64,000 nt of DNA, taken from Phyllobates terribilis (lineage: Eukaryota). Positions within the stretch are counted from its first letter, which is position 1; every line of letters starts with the position of its first letter. The stretch covers positions 262,570,001 through 262,634,000 of the forward strand of contig NW_027362767.1 in the NCBI RefSeq assembly GCF_046119375.1, read 5' to 3'. The notes under the pieces were generated by a model. That model did not search any database. It worked only from the letters and a program-made list of their open reading frames with translations, and was not told the origin of the DNA. Positions 1-23,079 of this stretch are shown piece after piece. The translations under genes and the position numbers were made by a program.

Positions 1-130
1 TAATCATGTTTTAAGTTTTCTGATGATGTTTTCTGTGAATGGGGGTGGGCTTCTGCTCCGGCCCCTCCGCCTGCCTCCTGTGTTTCTACAGGTTACTGAT
101 TATTCAGTGATCTGTCTCCATTCTGAAATT

Positions 131-291
131 TTGCACTGCCACCATGATTGGGTGGGAGGCACGTGCGTAGTGTGGGATTCCACGTTGGGTCTGCAATAGA
201 TCTCAATCTGTGCATGCACCGACTCAGACGCCACATGTGGAATCGCACACCGCACACGCCTCCCACCCAATCATGGTGGCATCACTGCAAA
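131..291. repeat. Imperfect inverted repeat (about 65-bp arms, about 30-nt loop), probably an old MITE core
   Basis: tgccaccatgattgggtgggaggc near 138 is the exact reverse complement of gcctcccacccaatcatggtggca near 257; the inner arms gtgtgggattccacgttgggtctg / cagacgccacatgtggaatcgcacac also pair. Confidence 0.7.
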
Positions 292-3200
292 AAAAAAAAA
301 ACACTCCCCCCTTCCCCCAGGGTTTTTTTTCCCACCCCTTTCCCTCTTTTTGTCTCCCCAATTTTATTGAAATGTTTTGTTCTTACATTTTACATTTTTT
401 AAATAACGCAATTAAAAGTCATGTTTTAACAATTCATACCATGGGGGATGCTGTCTGGTAAAAGACCAGTGCTCACTAAGGACCGAGCCCTCTGCAAGCA
501 AATGTTCGGGGCAGGTCTGGGGGAGTCAGTTGTGGGTCTATGCTCTGAGCTCACCCCGGATGGGGCTGCAGTCAGCATTCTGCGTCCTCGGCTCTGCCAG
601 TAGCAGGTTTTAGAGAATCGTTCTGCTGGGTCAGCATCATCGGAGTTACTCATGCGTTCTGACCAGCGGTGAATACTTGTGGATCCGGCCGTCCTGCTCG
701 AGAGAAGATCCAGAGCCGCCCGAATAGAAGTGGCTGCAGGGGCCACCGCTCCACCTGTGATGGCCTAGCATCATCATCATCCCTAACATTAGCAATTAGG
801 AGCCATCGCACTGCCTCTTTGTGACCTATCAACATGCAACTCTATAAGAGTATTCATTAAAAATCTGCCGTTTTGTGTATGTAGCTCCTCTGCAGGGCTA
901 TGTGTCTCCATGGTTACAGACTACAAGTAAACCATTTGTTGTCTGCTTATGCAGTTGTGTGTTACTTGCTTGATCCTGTGATTCTGCAGGAAGTAGCTGA
1001 CAGATGAAACAAGCTGAACCCTCGGCAAGTGCAATACTCTGCAGTGTGGAAGAGTCCTTGCAGAAAATAATGCAGCATTTGGGTAAATTTAAAGGGACGT
1101 GCCACCTTAGAAAGTCACGAAGATTTTGTGAGCCACAATGTGTTAGAAGTTTTATCCTCACTTGCTATGGGTGCATTACCCATCTGGCCAGCAGGGGCAC
1201 AGTCACAAGCGGCCCTGGAGTCTAGGGGGGCCCAAAAGAGAAGACCACTACTATTAAAGTCCTGTGCCAGTTGGGGCTCCTGCTTGTTAAACTTTGGTGC
1301 TGAGGAAGCATTTATACATTGTGGCCAGTAATCACAGATGAGGGTTTGTTACAATTGGAATCCGTGTAGAATTCTTTTCAATTGCGCTGATACATTGTTG
1401 CATGTTGATTATTGTCTGGCTCTGTGGCAGTAACACAAACTAAGATTATAGGGCTGCGATTAGGGTAGATTGCACCTACGCTGTATAATTAGAGGGTGCG
1501 GGAAATGACGGCTCTGTGTGTTTCTCACCCGACTGCAACTAAAGACAGGGGAAAAAAAAAAAAAAAAAAAGATTTTGAGCGTAACAATCGCCACTCGTAT
1601 ATTCTGGAAATGTCGCATGTGGGCAGCTTCGGATTTCATCCAATTTCCATTCAAATCAATGGGTCTGCAGTAGAAAAAAAAAGCAGGAAAGCTCACTGAT
1701 GGTGTCCATGTTTCCTGGGAAATCCAGCAGTTGCTTTTTCATTGGTAAAAGTTATAACCAAAGGTCCAAAAACAGATGAATATCGGATCCAGCGCACGTA
1801 TGAATATCAGTCCATTTTTGCGTAGCAGGAAAAAAAAAAAAATGTGTGAATTGGAACTGAGAGTCTCATGTCCAGACGGCCCCAGCAGATTCCACATGAA
1901 GTGGCGTTTCCTGCATCCTGCCATACATGAGCGGGGTGAGCTCAGACGCTCTGCCCCATCTGCTGTGGTGGACCAGATTGGAGATAACTGGGAAAGAAAG
2001 GATTTAAATTAAAGAAAAAAAAACGATAAAATGTGACATTGCCAAAACTGTTCCGACTCCCAAGTTAAAGTTATAGGTTTATTCCCAACATTGAAAGTGA
2101 TCATCTATTTTTAGGATACGCGCTGATCAGTGGGGGCTGATGGCTGAAATCCCAAGAAAGGGCTTCTGAAATTTGTAGGGGTGGCTGGGCATGTGCACCC
2201 TCACCCCATGTATTCTGTATTGTACTGCCGGACAGGGCAGAGCGCTGCGCTCAGTACTCTCATACAGTCCTATGGAATGAATAGGACGGAGCAGCACATA
2301 CAAAGCTAAGCCTCCATTCTAAAGAGGGCACTTCTCAGCAATTTCCTGAGATCAATGATGGTCCCAGCAGTTAGACCCCCCCCCAAATCAGATGTACAAT
2401 GTATCACCTAGTAACTTTAAGGGGTTCTCCACCTTTAGAGACTTCTTTTCCTCTTACTTAAATGCAGGTATTTTGGTCTAAAAATCATTTTTGCTGGGCT
2501 CCATGAAATATTTTGCACCGTCTGCTGCCTCCTATATCCTCTGGTTGCCGGCTGCAGAACGAGTTAACAGAGAATGTGTCAGCGAGCTAGCTCTGATGGT
2601 CTATACCTCTTATCTGCCATCTTCTGCGCTCCTCTCAGCTGATTTATTGCAGGAAAATAAAAACCCTGTAAAAGCCGAACGAGGCAAAATGTTTCATGAA
2701 ACCCAAATCTTTAGCCCCAAATACCTGCATTAGGGGAAAAAATATGTAAGTCCCTAGAGATTTTTTATTCATATAGAGATGACAACCCTTTTAAATATTG
2801 CAACAATCCCAACACATCCGGCGCCCCGTGGACCTTATATAAAGGTTATGGCCTTTTTATCCACATAAAAATTCTAGTAAAGGATTACAAGGACCCAAAA
2901 ATGGGGGAGATAAGATGCATCCGATTCTACAAGAAAAAACTGTGAAAAGAGGACATTGTCAGGAAATAGAAGACAGACCTATCACCTACTGAGGTGGGTC
3001 AGGAATTAACCACGTGACTGACCTGTACTGGCCCTTTAAATCGTGACACCTGTTCTTCCAGTGCTGACGTCACTTTCTGGCGCTCAAAACCATATTTTTT
3101 TTCCCGCGAAACTGACGTCAATATTCAGAGGCTCCGCCTTTCCCCCTTGTGATGTCAGGAGAAGGCGACAAGTCCCGCCCACCCTTCGCGCTGATTGGCT

Positions 3201-3503
3201 GGCGTGTACCGGCCGCGCGCAGTAGCTTTTCGTTCGCTGCCTTTTCTGATTGGTGTGTCGGATCCCAGGCCACGCCCCTTATGGGTGTCGCCTTGGAGCG
3301 CGGTCGGGGGAGAGGCGGTGCGTGGCATCCCAGGTCTCCCTCGTGTGGCGTCGGGGAGAGCCCGGTCGGCCGATCCTTCACGTTACCGGCGAAGTGGGAG
3401 GGGCTGGTCAACCGAAGACGTGGCGTAACCGCAGGAGGCAGCGACGGCGGAGCAGGGGAGAGCGGCGTGCGTCTGGCTGTCACTCCCTCACCTCACACCG
3501 ACC

Positions 3504-13562
<10,059 letters not shown>

Positions 13563-14321
13563 CTGTGGCGGCGGCTCTTCCTCTTCGCTGTTCACGCTCC
13601 ATTATTGATGGACATGGAGGCCGGGATGTTGTGTCTTTTTTGCACACATGTGAGTGACTGGTGACGCCAGAGGCACTGACGATGGATCCTGTGAGGCTTG
13701 AGTGGACGGAGGCTCCAGTGCCGCCTGGACTTCTGCCGGAGCTCCGTTCCAGTATTGGGGGCCGCCGGCTCTGCCCCGGCCGGGGGTGGGGGGCTTGTAA
13801 TTTATGTTTGTATAATTTTCTGTACAGTTCTTCTTTATGTCGTTTTATAATGTTTCAGGCTCTTGGATTCGCCCTTTTTCTGTGCCGATTTTTCAGTTGT
13901 TTTTTTGTTTCATTTTTTTTTTGTATCGGCTCTTGGGAAATGAGGCACAAACCATCTGATGCATAAAGTCCGGTCGATGGGATCTGAAATATTATGCATG
14001 TAAAATAAAAGAGAAGTGGATGGGAGACGACTGGCCTGGTGCTTTGGGGGGTGATCGAGCCTGAAGGGACCAGGGACTGTTCTGCCGGGGGGGTTACTCA
14101 GGGTCTGACCTCTAGGGTCAAGTCTATGCACGGCAGCTGTAGCGAGAGCACAGGACGGGAACCTTTAAGTAACTACTGGTGATCTACAACCAAGAGTACT
14201 GCTCTGGAGGGAAAAATAACAGACGGCTGAACTGGTGCTTTTTATTATAATTCCTGTATCTGATACTCTGAATAGAACAGTATCAAAGGTCACGATGTAA
14301 GAATACAGATTTACCAATGTA

Positions 14322-14327
14322 AATAAA
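14322..14327 (+). terminator. Candidate ZMYND19 polyadenylation signal
   Basis: AATAAA followed by a T/GT-rich tract at 14387-14420; an alternative AATAAA lies near 14004. Confidence 0.5.
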
Positions 14328-14409
14328 TGCATCACATTTTGTAAACCTTATTCTGCATTGGAGCTGCATACACAAAACGGTAGCATTTTTTTTTTTTGTT
14401 TTGTGCGAT

Positions 14410-16060
14410 TGTTTTTATTTCTATAGGACCATCAGCTTCCACAGCACTTGACAATAAGCGAGGACATGTACAGACAAAATCAGACATTACAGAGTAACAC
14501 GCAGCTCACCAGTTACAGGAGGAGTGAGGGTCCTGCTCACAATCTATAAGGAAATAGAGGGGACACACTAGGTTGAGCATGCTCGTCATGTACGGTGTGG
14601 CCATCAGTATAATAAGGGTTTTCATATAAAGCAGCATGATCCGGCCACCAGTCACGCTATGTCTGAGTGGGTGATAAATGCAGAATTGGTGACTTGTTTC
14701 TATTATACCTTTTCTCTGATTGTTCCTCACCTGGTTTTGGCTCCGACTCCTGAGAAAAAATACTGACCAAATACTGATAGTGGGGCCGTGGCCTTAGGGT
14801 GATAGACAGAGATGAGGGAGAAGATATAGGGTGGTGCAGGACTGAGGAGAGCTTTGTGGGTGAGAGATGTTGGTATTGTATTCGGTAATGGATGGGTAAC
14901 CAGTGTAATGACTGGCACAGGGTAGAGGCATCAGTGAAGCAACTGGACAGAAATACGACCCTGGCTGCAGCATTCAGGACAGGTGGGAGAGGAGAAACTT
15001 TGGTTAGAGGGAGATCGATCAATAGAGAGTTTCAATAGTTGAATAAGAGCAACAGTAAGAATTTTTGCTGTTTCCAGGGAAAAAAGGTTGGATTCTAGAG
15101 ATGTTTTTGAGGTGCAGGTGACATGAGCGAGTGATCGGATGTGGGGAGTGAAGGAAAGATCCGAGTCAAATATGACGCCAATACAGCGAGCGTACTGCTG
15201 GGGAGTAATGGTAGAACCACATACAGCAATGGCAATATCGGGTATAGGAAAGTTAGTGGAGGGAGGAAACACAAGAAGTTCAGTTTTAGATAGATGGAGG
15301 ACATGGTGTTAGAGACAGCAGACAGACAATCCTTGGTATTCTGTAGTAATGCAGGGGTGATGTCACGAGAGGAGGTGTATAATTGGGTGTCATCAGCATA
15401 GAGATGGTACTGAAAACCGAATCTACTGATGGTTTCCAGTATAAAGCTGTGTTTAGAGAGAAGAGCAGGGGGCTTAGGATTAAACCCTGAGGAACCCCGA
15501 TAGTAAAGGGAAAAGGAGCCAGCAAAAGATAAAGTGAAGGAGCCGTCAGACAGGTAGGAGGAAAACCAGGAGAGAATGGTGTGCTTGAGGCCGATAAAGC
15601 GGAGCATAGGAGGATCTGGTGATCCACTGTGTCAAATGCTGCAGAGAGATCCATTGGATTTTGCTGTTGGAGATCATTTTAGTGAGGGCAGTTTCACTGA
15701 AGTGTAAAGGGCATAAACCAGAATGTAAAGGGTGAGAGGAGAGTGATCTGAGAGATGGCGGATTAGATGGGATTGGACCAAATGTTCCAGGAGTTTAGAA
15801 ATGAAGGGAAGATTAGACACAGGTCTGAAGTTAGCAGCACAGTTCTGGTCGAGGGATGGTTTTTAAAGTAATGGGTGTATGTTGGTGTGTTTGAAAAAAA
15901 GAGGGAAACATACCAGATGAGAGAGAGGTTAAATATTTTAATTAGGCGAGTGATGTAAGCTGGGTAAAAGGGCGGAAGGAGATGTGAGGGAAAAGGGTCA
16001 CTGGTGCAAGTTGTAGAGCGACAAGATGTGAGGAGCCTGGTACTTCGGTGAGGCTACGTT
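14410..16060 (-). mobile_element. Degenerate, 5'-truncated L2-clade LINE (RT region plus 3' UTR and tail), interrupted by a MITE fragment
   Basis: Broken frames give DLSAAFDTVDH, GVPQGLILSPLLFSL, YHLYADDTQLY and LHWLPIHYRIQY; the 3' UTR at 14516-14655 matches the L2 3' UTR at 40140-40280. Confidence 0.9.
14667..14791 (+). mobile_element. Partial Harbinger-type MITE (centre plus right arm), same family as 61083-61266
   Basis: gagtgggtgataaatgcagaattggtgacttgtttctattatacc...aaatactgaccaaatactgatagtggggccgtggcc|tta is nearly identical to 61138-61266. Confidence 0.75.
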
Positions 16061-16124
16061 CCCATAATGAGTTTATGGTGACTTTTTTACGCTGCATATT
16101 TTAAAAAAAATAGTAATCTATTTT

Positions 16125-19100
16125 ACTAAATGGGTACGGAATAGTGAGTGCAGCTCTGGGGTATAATACAGGATGTAACTCAGGATCAGTACAGGATAAG
16201 TAATGTAATGTATATACACAGTGACTGCACCAGCAGAATAGTGAGTGCAGCTCTGGAGTATAATACAGGATGTAACTCAGGATCAGTACAGGATAAGTAA
16301 TGTAATGTATGTACACAGTGACTGCACCAGCAGAATAGTGAGTGCAGCTCTGGAGTATAATACAGGATAAAACTCAGGATCAGTACAGGATCAGTAATGT
16401 ATGTACACAGTGACTGCACCAGCACAATAGTGAATACAGCTCTGGAGTATAATACTGGATGTAACTCTGGATCAGTACAGGATAAGTAATGTAATGTATG
16501 TACACAGTGACTGCACCAGCAGAGTAGTGAGTGCAGCTCTGGAGTATAATACAGGATGTAACTCAGGATCAGTATAGGATTAGTAATGTAATGTATGTAC
16601 ACAGTGACTGCACCAGCAGAATAGTGAGTGCAGCTCTGGGGTATAATACAGGATAAGTAATGTATGTACACAGTGGCTGCAGCAGCAGAATAGTGAGTGC
16701 AGCTCTGGAGTATAATACTGGATGTAACTCAGGATCAGTATGGGATAAGTAATGGAATGTATATACACAGTGACTGCACCAGCAGAATAGTGAGTGCAGC
16801 TCTGGAGTATAATACAGGATGTAACTCAGGATCAGTACATGATCAGTAATGTAATGTATGGACACAGTGACTGCACCAGCAGAATAGTGAGTGCAGCTCT
16901 GGAGTATCCTACAGGATGTAACTCAGGATCAGTACATGATCAGTAATGTAATGTATGTGCACAGTGACTGCACAAGCAGAATAGTGAGTGCTGCTCTGGG
17001 GTATAATACAGGATGTAACTCAGGATCAGTACAGATTAAGTAATGTAATGTATGTACACAGCGACTGCACCAGCAGAGTAGTGAGTGCAGCTCTGGAGTA
17101 TAATACAGGATGTAACTCAGGATCAGTATAGGATTAGTAATGTATGTACACAGTGACTGCACCAGAAGAATAGTGAGTGCAGCTCTGCGGTATAATACAG
17201 GATGTAACTCAGGATCAGCACATGATAAGTAATGTAATGTATGTACACAGTGACTGCACCAGCAGAATAGTGAGTGCAGCTCTGGGGTATAATACAGGAT
17301 GTAACTCAGGATCAGTACAGGATAAGTAATGTAATGTATGTAGACAGTGACTCCACCAGCAGAATAGTGAGTGCAGCTCTGGGGTATAATACAGGATGTA
17401 ACTCAGGATCAGTACAGGATAAGGAATGTAATGTATGTACACAGTGACTGCACCAGCAGAATAGTGAGTGCAGCTCTGGAGTATAATACAGGATGTAACT
17501 CAGGATCAGTACAGGATAAGTAATGTAATGTATGTACACAGCGACTGCACCAGCAGAATAGTGAGTGCAGCTCTGGAGTATAATACAGGATGTAACTCAG
17601 GATCAGTACAGGATAAGTAATGTAATGTATGTACACAGCGACTGCACCAGCAGAATAGTGAGTGCAGCTCTGGAGTATAATACAGGATGTAACTCAGGAT
17701 CAGTACAGGATAGGTAATGTAATGTATGTACACAGTGACTGCTTCAGCAGAATAGTGAGTGCTGCTCTGGAGTATAATACAGGATAAGTAATGTATGTAC
17801 ACAGTGGCTGCAGCAGGAGACTAGTGAGTGCAGCTCTGGAGTATAATACTGGTTGCAACTCAGGATCAGTATAGGATTAGTAATGTATGTACACAGTGAC
17901 TGCACCAGCAGAATAGTGAGTGCAGCTCTGGAGTATCCTACAGGATGTAACTCAGGATCAGTACAAGAAAAGTAATGTAATGTATGTGCACAGTGAGTGC
18001 ACAAGCAGAATAGTGAGTGCAGCTCTGGGGTATAATACAAGATAAGTAATGTATGTACACAGTGGCTGCACAAGCAGAATAGTAAGTGCAGCTCTGGAGT
18101 ATAATAGAGGATGCAACTCAGGATCAGTACATGATCAGTAATGTAATGTATGGACACAGTGACTGCACCAGCAGAAAAGTGAGTGCAGCTCTGGAGTATA
18201 ATACAGGATAAGTAATGTATGTACACAGTGGCTGCAGCAGCAGAATAGTGAGTGCAGCTCTGGAGTATAATACAGGATGTAACTCAGGATCAGTACATGA
18301 TCCGTAATGTAATGTATGGACACAGTGACTGCACCAGCAGAATAGTGAGTGCAGCTCTGGAGTATAATACAGGATAAGTAATGTATGTACACAGTGGCTG
18401 CAGCAGCAGAATAGTGAGTGCAGCTCTGGAGTATAATACAGGATGTAACTCAGGATCAGTACATGATCCGTAATGTAATGTATGGACACAGTGACTGCAC
18501 CAGCAGAATAGTGAGTGCAGCTCTGGAGTATCCTACAGGATGTAACTCAGGATCAGTACAAGATGAGTAATGTAATGTATGTACACAGTGACTGCACAAG
18601 CAGAATAGTGAGTGCAGCTCTGGAGTATAATACAGGATATAACTCAGGATCAGTACAGGATAAGTAATGTAATATATGTACACAGTGACTGCACCAGCAG
18701 AATAGTGAGTGCAGCTCTGGGGTATAATACAGGATAAGTAATGTATGTACACAGTGGCTGCACCAGCAGAATAGTGAGTGCAGCTCTGGAGTATAATACA
18801 GGATAAGTAATGTACTGTATGTACACTGACTGCACCAGCAGAATAGTGAGTGCAGCTCTGGTGTATAATACAGGATGTAACTCAGGATCAGTAATGTAAT
18901 GTATGTACACAGTGACTGCACCAGCAGCATAGTGAGTGCAGCTCTGGAGTATAATACAGGATGTAACTCATGATCAGTACAGATTAAGTAATGTAATGTA
19001 TGTACACAATGACTGCACCAGCAGAATAGTGAATGCAGCTCTGGAGTATAATACTGGATGTAACTCAGGATCAGTACAGGATAAGTAATGTAATGTATGT

Positions 19101-21240
19101 ACACAGTGACTGCACCAGATGAATAGTGAATACAGCTCTGGAGTATAATACTGGATGTAACTCTGGATCAGTACAGGATAAGTAATGTAACATATGTACA
19201 CAGTGACTGCACCAGCAGCATAGTGAGTTCAGCTCTGGAGTATAATACAGGATGTAACTCAGAATCAGTACAGAATAAGTTATGTAATGTATGTACACAC
19301 CGACTGCACCAGCGGAATAGTGAGTGCAGCTCTGGAATATAATACAGGATGTAACTCAGGATCAATACAGGATAAGTAATGTAATGTATGGACACAGTGA
19401 CTGCACCAGCAGAATAGTGAGTGCAGCTCTGGAGTATCCTACAGGATGTAACTCAGGATCAGTACAAGAAAAGTAATGTAATGTATGTGCACAGTGAGTG
19501 CACAAGCAGAATAGTAAGTGCAGCTCTGGAGTATAATACAGGATGTAACTCAGGATCAGTACATGATCCGTAATGTAATGTATGGACACAGTGACTGCAC
19601 CAGCAGAATAGTGAGTGCAGCTCTGGAGTATCCTACAGGATGTAACTCAGGATCAGTACAAGATAAGATAAGTAATGTAATGTATGTACACAGTGACTGC
19701 ACAAGCAGAATAGTGAGTGCAGCTCTGGAGTATAATACAGGATGTAACTCAGGATCAGTACAGGATAAGTAATGTAATATATGTACACAGTGACTGCACC
19801 AGCAGAATAGTGAGTGCAGCTCTGGGGTATAATACAGGATAAGTAATGTATGTACACAGTGGCTGCACCAGCAGAATAGTGAGTGCAGCTCTGGAGTATA
19901 ATACAGGATAAGTAATGTAATGTAATGTACTGTATGTACACATTGACTGCACCAGCAGAATAGTGAGTGCAGCTCTGGTGTATAATACAGGATGTAACTC
20001 AGGATCAGTACAGGATCAGTAATGTAATGTATGTGCACAGTGACTGCACCAGCAGAATAGTGAGTGCAGCTCTGGAGTATAATACAGGATGTAACTCAGG
20101 ATTAGTACAGGATCAGTAATGTAATGTATGTGCACAGTGACTGCACCAGATGAATAGTGAATACAGCTCTGGAGTATAATACTGGATGTAACTCTGGATC
20201 AGTACAGGATAAGTAATGTAACATATGTACACAGTGACTGCACCAGCAGCATAGTGAGTTCAGCTCTGGAGTATAATACAGGATGTAACTCAGGATCAGT
20301 ACAGGATAAGTAATGTAATGTATGTACACAGTGACTCCACCAGCGGAATAGTGAGCGCAGCTCTGGAGTATAATACAGGATGTAACTCAGGATCAGTACA
20401 GGATAAGTAATGTAATGTATATACACAGTGACTGCACCAGCAGAATAGTGAGTGCAGCTCTGGGGTATAATACAGTATGTAACTCAGGATCAGTACAGGA
20501 TAAGTAATGTAGTGTAAGTACACAGTGACTGCACCAGCAGAATAGTGAGTGCAGCTCTGGAGTATAATACAGGATGTAACTCAGGATCAGTACAGGATCA
20601 GTAATGTAATGTATGTACACAGTGACTGCACCAGCAGAATAGTGAGTGCAGCTCTGGAGTATAATACAGGATGTAACTCAGGATCAGTACAGGATAAGTA
20701 ATGTAATGTATGTACACAGTGACTGCACCAGAAGAATAGTGAATGCAGCTCTGGAGTATAATACAGGATGTAACTCAGGATCAGTACAGGATCAGTAATG
20801 TAATGTATGTACACAGTGACTGCACCAGCAGAATAGTGAGTGCAGCTCTGGAGTATAATACAGGATGTAACTCAGGATCAGTACAGGATAAGTAATGTAA
20901 TGTATGTACACAGTGACTGTACCAGCAGAATAGTGAGTGCAGCTCAGGAGTATAATACAGGATGTAACTCAGGATCAGTACAGGATAAGTAATGTAATGT
21001 ATGTACACAGTGACTGCACCAGCAGAATAGTGAGTGCAGCTCTGGAGTATAATACAGGATGTAACTCAGGATCAGTACAGGATAAGTAATGTAATGTATG
21101 CACACAGTGACTGCACCAGCAGAATAGTGAGTGCAGCTCTGGAGTATAATACAGGATGTAACTCAGGATCAGTACAGGATAAGTAATGTAATGTATGTAC
21201 ACAGTGACTGCACCAGCAGAATAGTGAGTGCAGCTCTGGG
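16125..21240 (+). repeat. 97-bp satellite array (about 53 units, with 72-bp deletion variants) between ZMYND19 and the DPH7 promoter
   Basis: Unit gtaatgtaatgtatgtacacagtgactgcaccagcagaatagtgagtgcagctctggagtataatacaggatgtaactcaggatcagtacaggataa. Confidence 0.98.
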
Positions 21241-21489
21241 GTACACCTTTCAGATACAGCAGGGTAATGTATTCTTTATGGTGCCATGGGAAGATTAATT
21301 ATAGCAGCTTGTGGTAGACCATTTGTAATATAATCGTAACTGTAAATGCCCTAGTAATGTATAGTAATGTGTCTCGGTTGTGGCACTAGAAGCATCAGCG
21401 TGCCCTGTTCTGGGCCGTGTATTGGGCTATGATGTGACAGCAGCTGATACCTCGGACACAATCTAGAATCCAGTCCTCATTCAGCAAAA

Positions 21490-21642
21490 AGCAGTGGTAA
21501 CCACGTGATCAAATTCAGCCAATCAGGATAGGAGAACAGCCTACGGCTGATGCATGTGTCAATCATGTTTTCACGGAGGCGGAGCTTCCTGTGGGCTCAT
21601 AACCTGGAAGTAGTTACGAAGGTTTTTATATTCTGCACGCTG
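21490..21642 (+). promoter_or_regulatory. DPH7: Probable DPH7 promoter and non-coding exon 1
   Basis: CACGTG 21502-21507, CCAAT 21519 (11-bp spacing), GC box ggaggcggag, ETS-like ggaagt, then donor CTG|GTGAGT at 21643; the first coding exon is preceded by an acceptor (tattag, 28751) and has no promoter features of its own. Confidence 0.7.
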
Positions 21643-23079
21643 GTGAGTATGTACTGGCTGTGACGTCACTAATGTACATATATACAGGAGTGTAACTGCT
21701 CTTGAGCGCTGGCTGTGATGTCACTAGTCTACATACATATATACAGGAGTGTAACTGCTGGTGAGTGCTGGCTGTGATGTCACTAGTGTACATATATACA
21801 GGAGTAACTGCTGGTGAGTGCTGGCTGTTTTGTCACAAGTCTACATAAATATATACAGGAGTGTAACTGCTGGTGAGCGCTGGCTGTGATGTCACTAGTC
21901 TACATATATACAGGAGTGTAACTGCTGGCTGTGATGTCACAAGTCTACATACATATATACAGGAGTGTAACTGCTGGTGAGTGCTGGCTGTGATGTCACT
22001 AGTGTACATATATACAGGAGTGTAACTGCTGGTGAGTGCTGGCTGTGATGTCACTAGTCTACATACATATATACAGGAGTGTAACTGCTGGTGAGCGCTG
22101 GCTGTGATGTCACTAGTGTACATATATACAGGAGTGTAACTGCTGGTGAGTGCTGGCTGTGATGTCACTAGTGTACATATATACAGGAGTGTAACTGCTG
22201 GTGAGTGCTGGCTGTGATGTCACTAGTGTACATATATACAGGAGTGTAACTGCTGGTGAGTGCTGGCTGTGATGTCACTAGTCTACATACATATATACAG
22301 GAGTGTAACTGCTGGTGAGTGCTGGCTGTGATGTCACTAGTGTACATATATACAGGAGTGTAACTGCTGGTGAGTGCTGGCTGTGATGTCACTAGTGTAC
22401 ATATATACAGGAGTGTAACTGCTGGTGAGCGCTGGCTGTGACCTCACTAGTGTACATACATATATACAGGAGTGTAACTGCTGGTGAGCACTGGCTGTGA
22501 TGTCACTAGTGTACATATATACAGGAGTGTAACTGCTGGTGAGCGCTGGCTGTGATGTCACTATTGTACATATATACAGGAGTGTAACTGCTGGTGAGCG
22601 CTGGCTGTGATGTCACTAGTGTACATATATACAGGAGTGTAACTGCTGGTTAGTGCTGGCTGTGATGTCACTAGTGTACATATATACAGGAGTGTAACTG
22701 CTGGTGAGTGCTGGCTGTGATGTCACTAGTGTACATATATACAGGAGTGTAACTGCTGGTGAGCGCTGGCTGTGACCTCACTAGTGTACATACATATATA
22801 CAGGAGTGTAACTGCTGGTGAGCACTGGCTGTGATGTCACTAGTGTACATATATACAGGAGTGTAACTGCTGGTGAGCGCTGGCTGTGATGTCACTATTG
22901 TACATATATACAGGAGTGTAACTGCTGGTGAGCGCTGGCTGTGACCTCACTAGTGTACATATATATACAGGAGTGTAACTGCTGGTTAGTGCTGGCTGTG
23001 ATGTCACTAGTTTACATATATACAGTAGAGTAACTGCTGGTGAGCGCTGGCTGTGATGTCACTAGTCTACATACATATA

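Noticed and set aside
426-835. 106-aa and 61-aa minus-strand ORFs as possible ARRDC1 or EHMT1 exons
   Set aside because: No resemblance to either protein that I can recognise and no convincing acceptor
16101-22895. Repeated 75-aa MYIHYITYPVLILSY ORFs and MTSQPALTSS ORFs
   Set aside because: Satellite translations with no splice or promoter context
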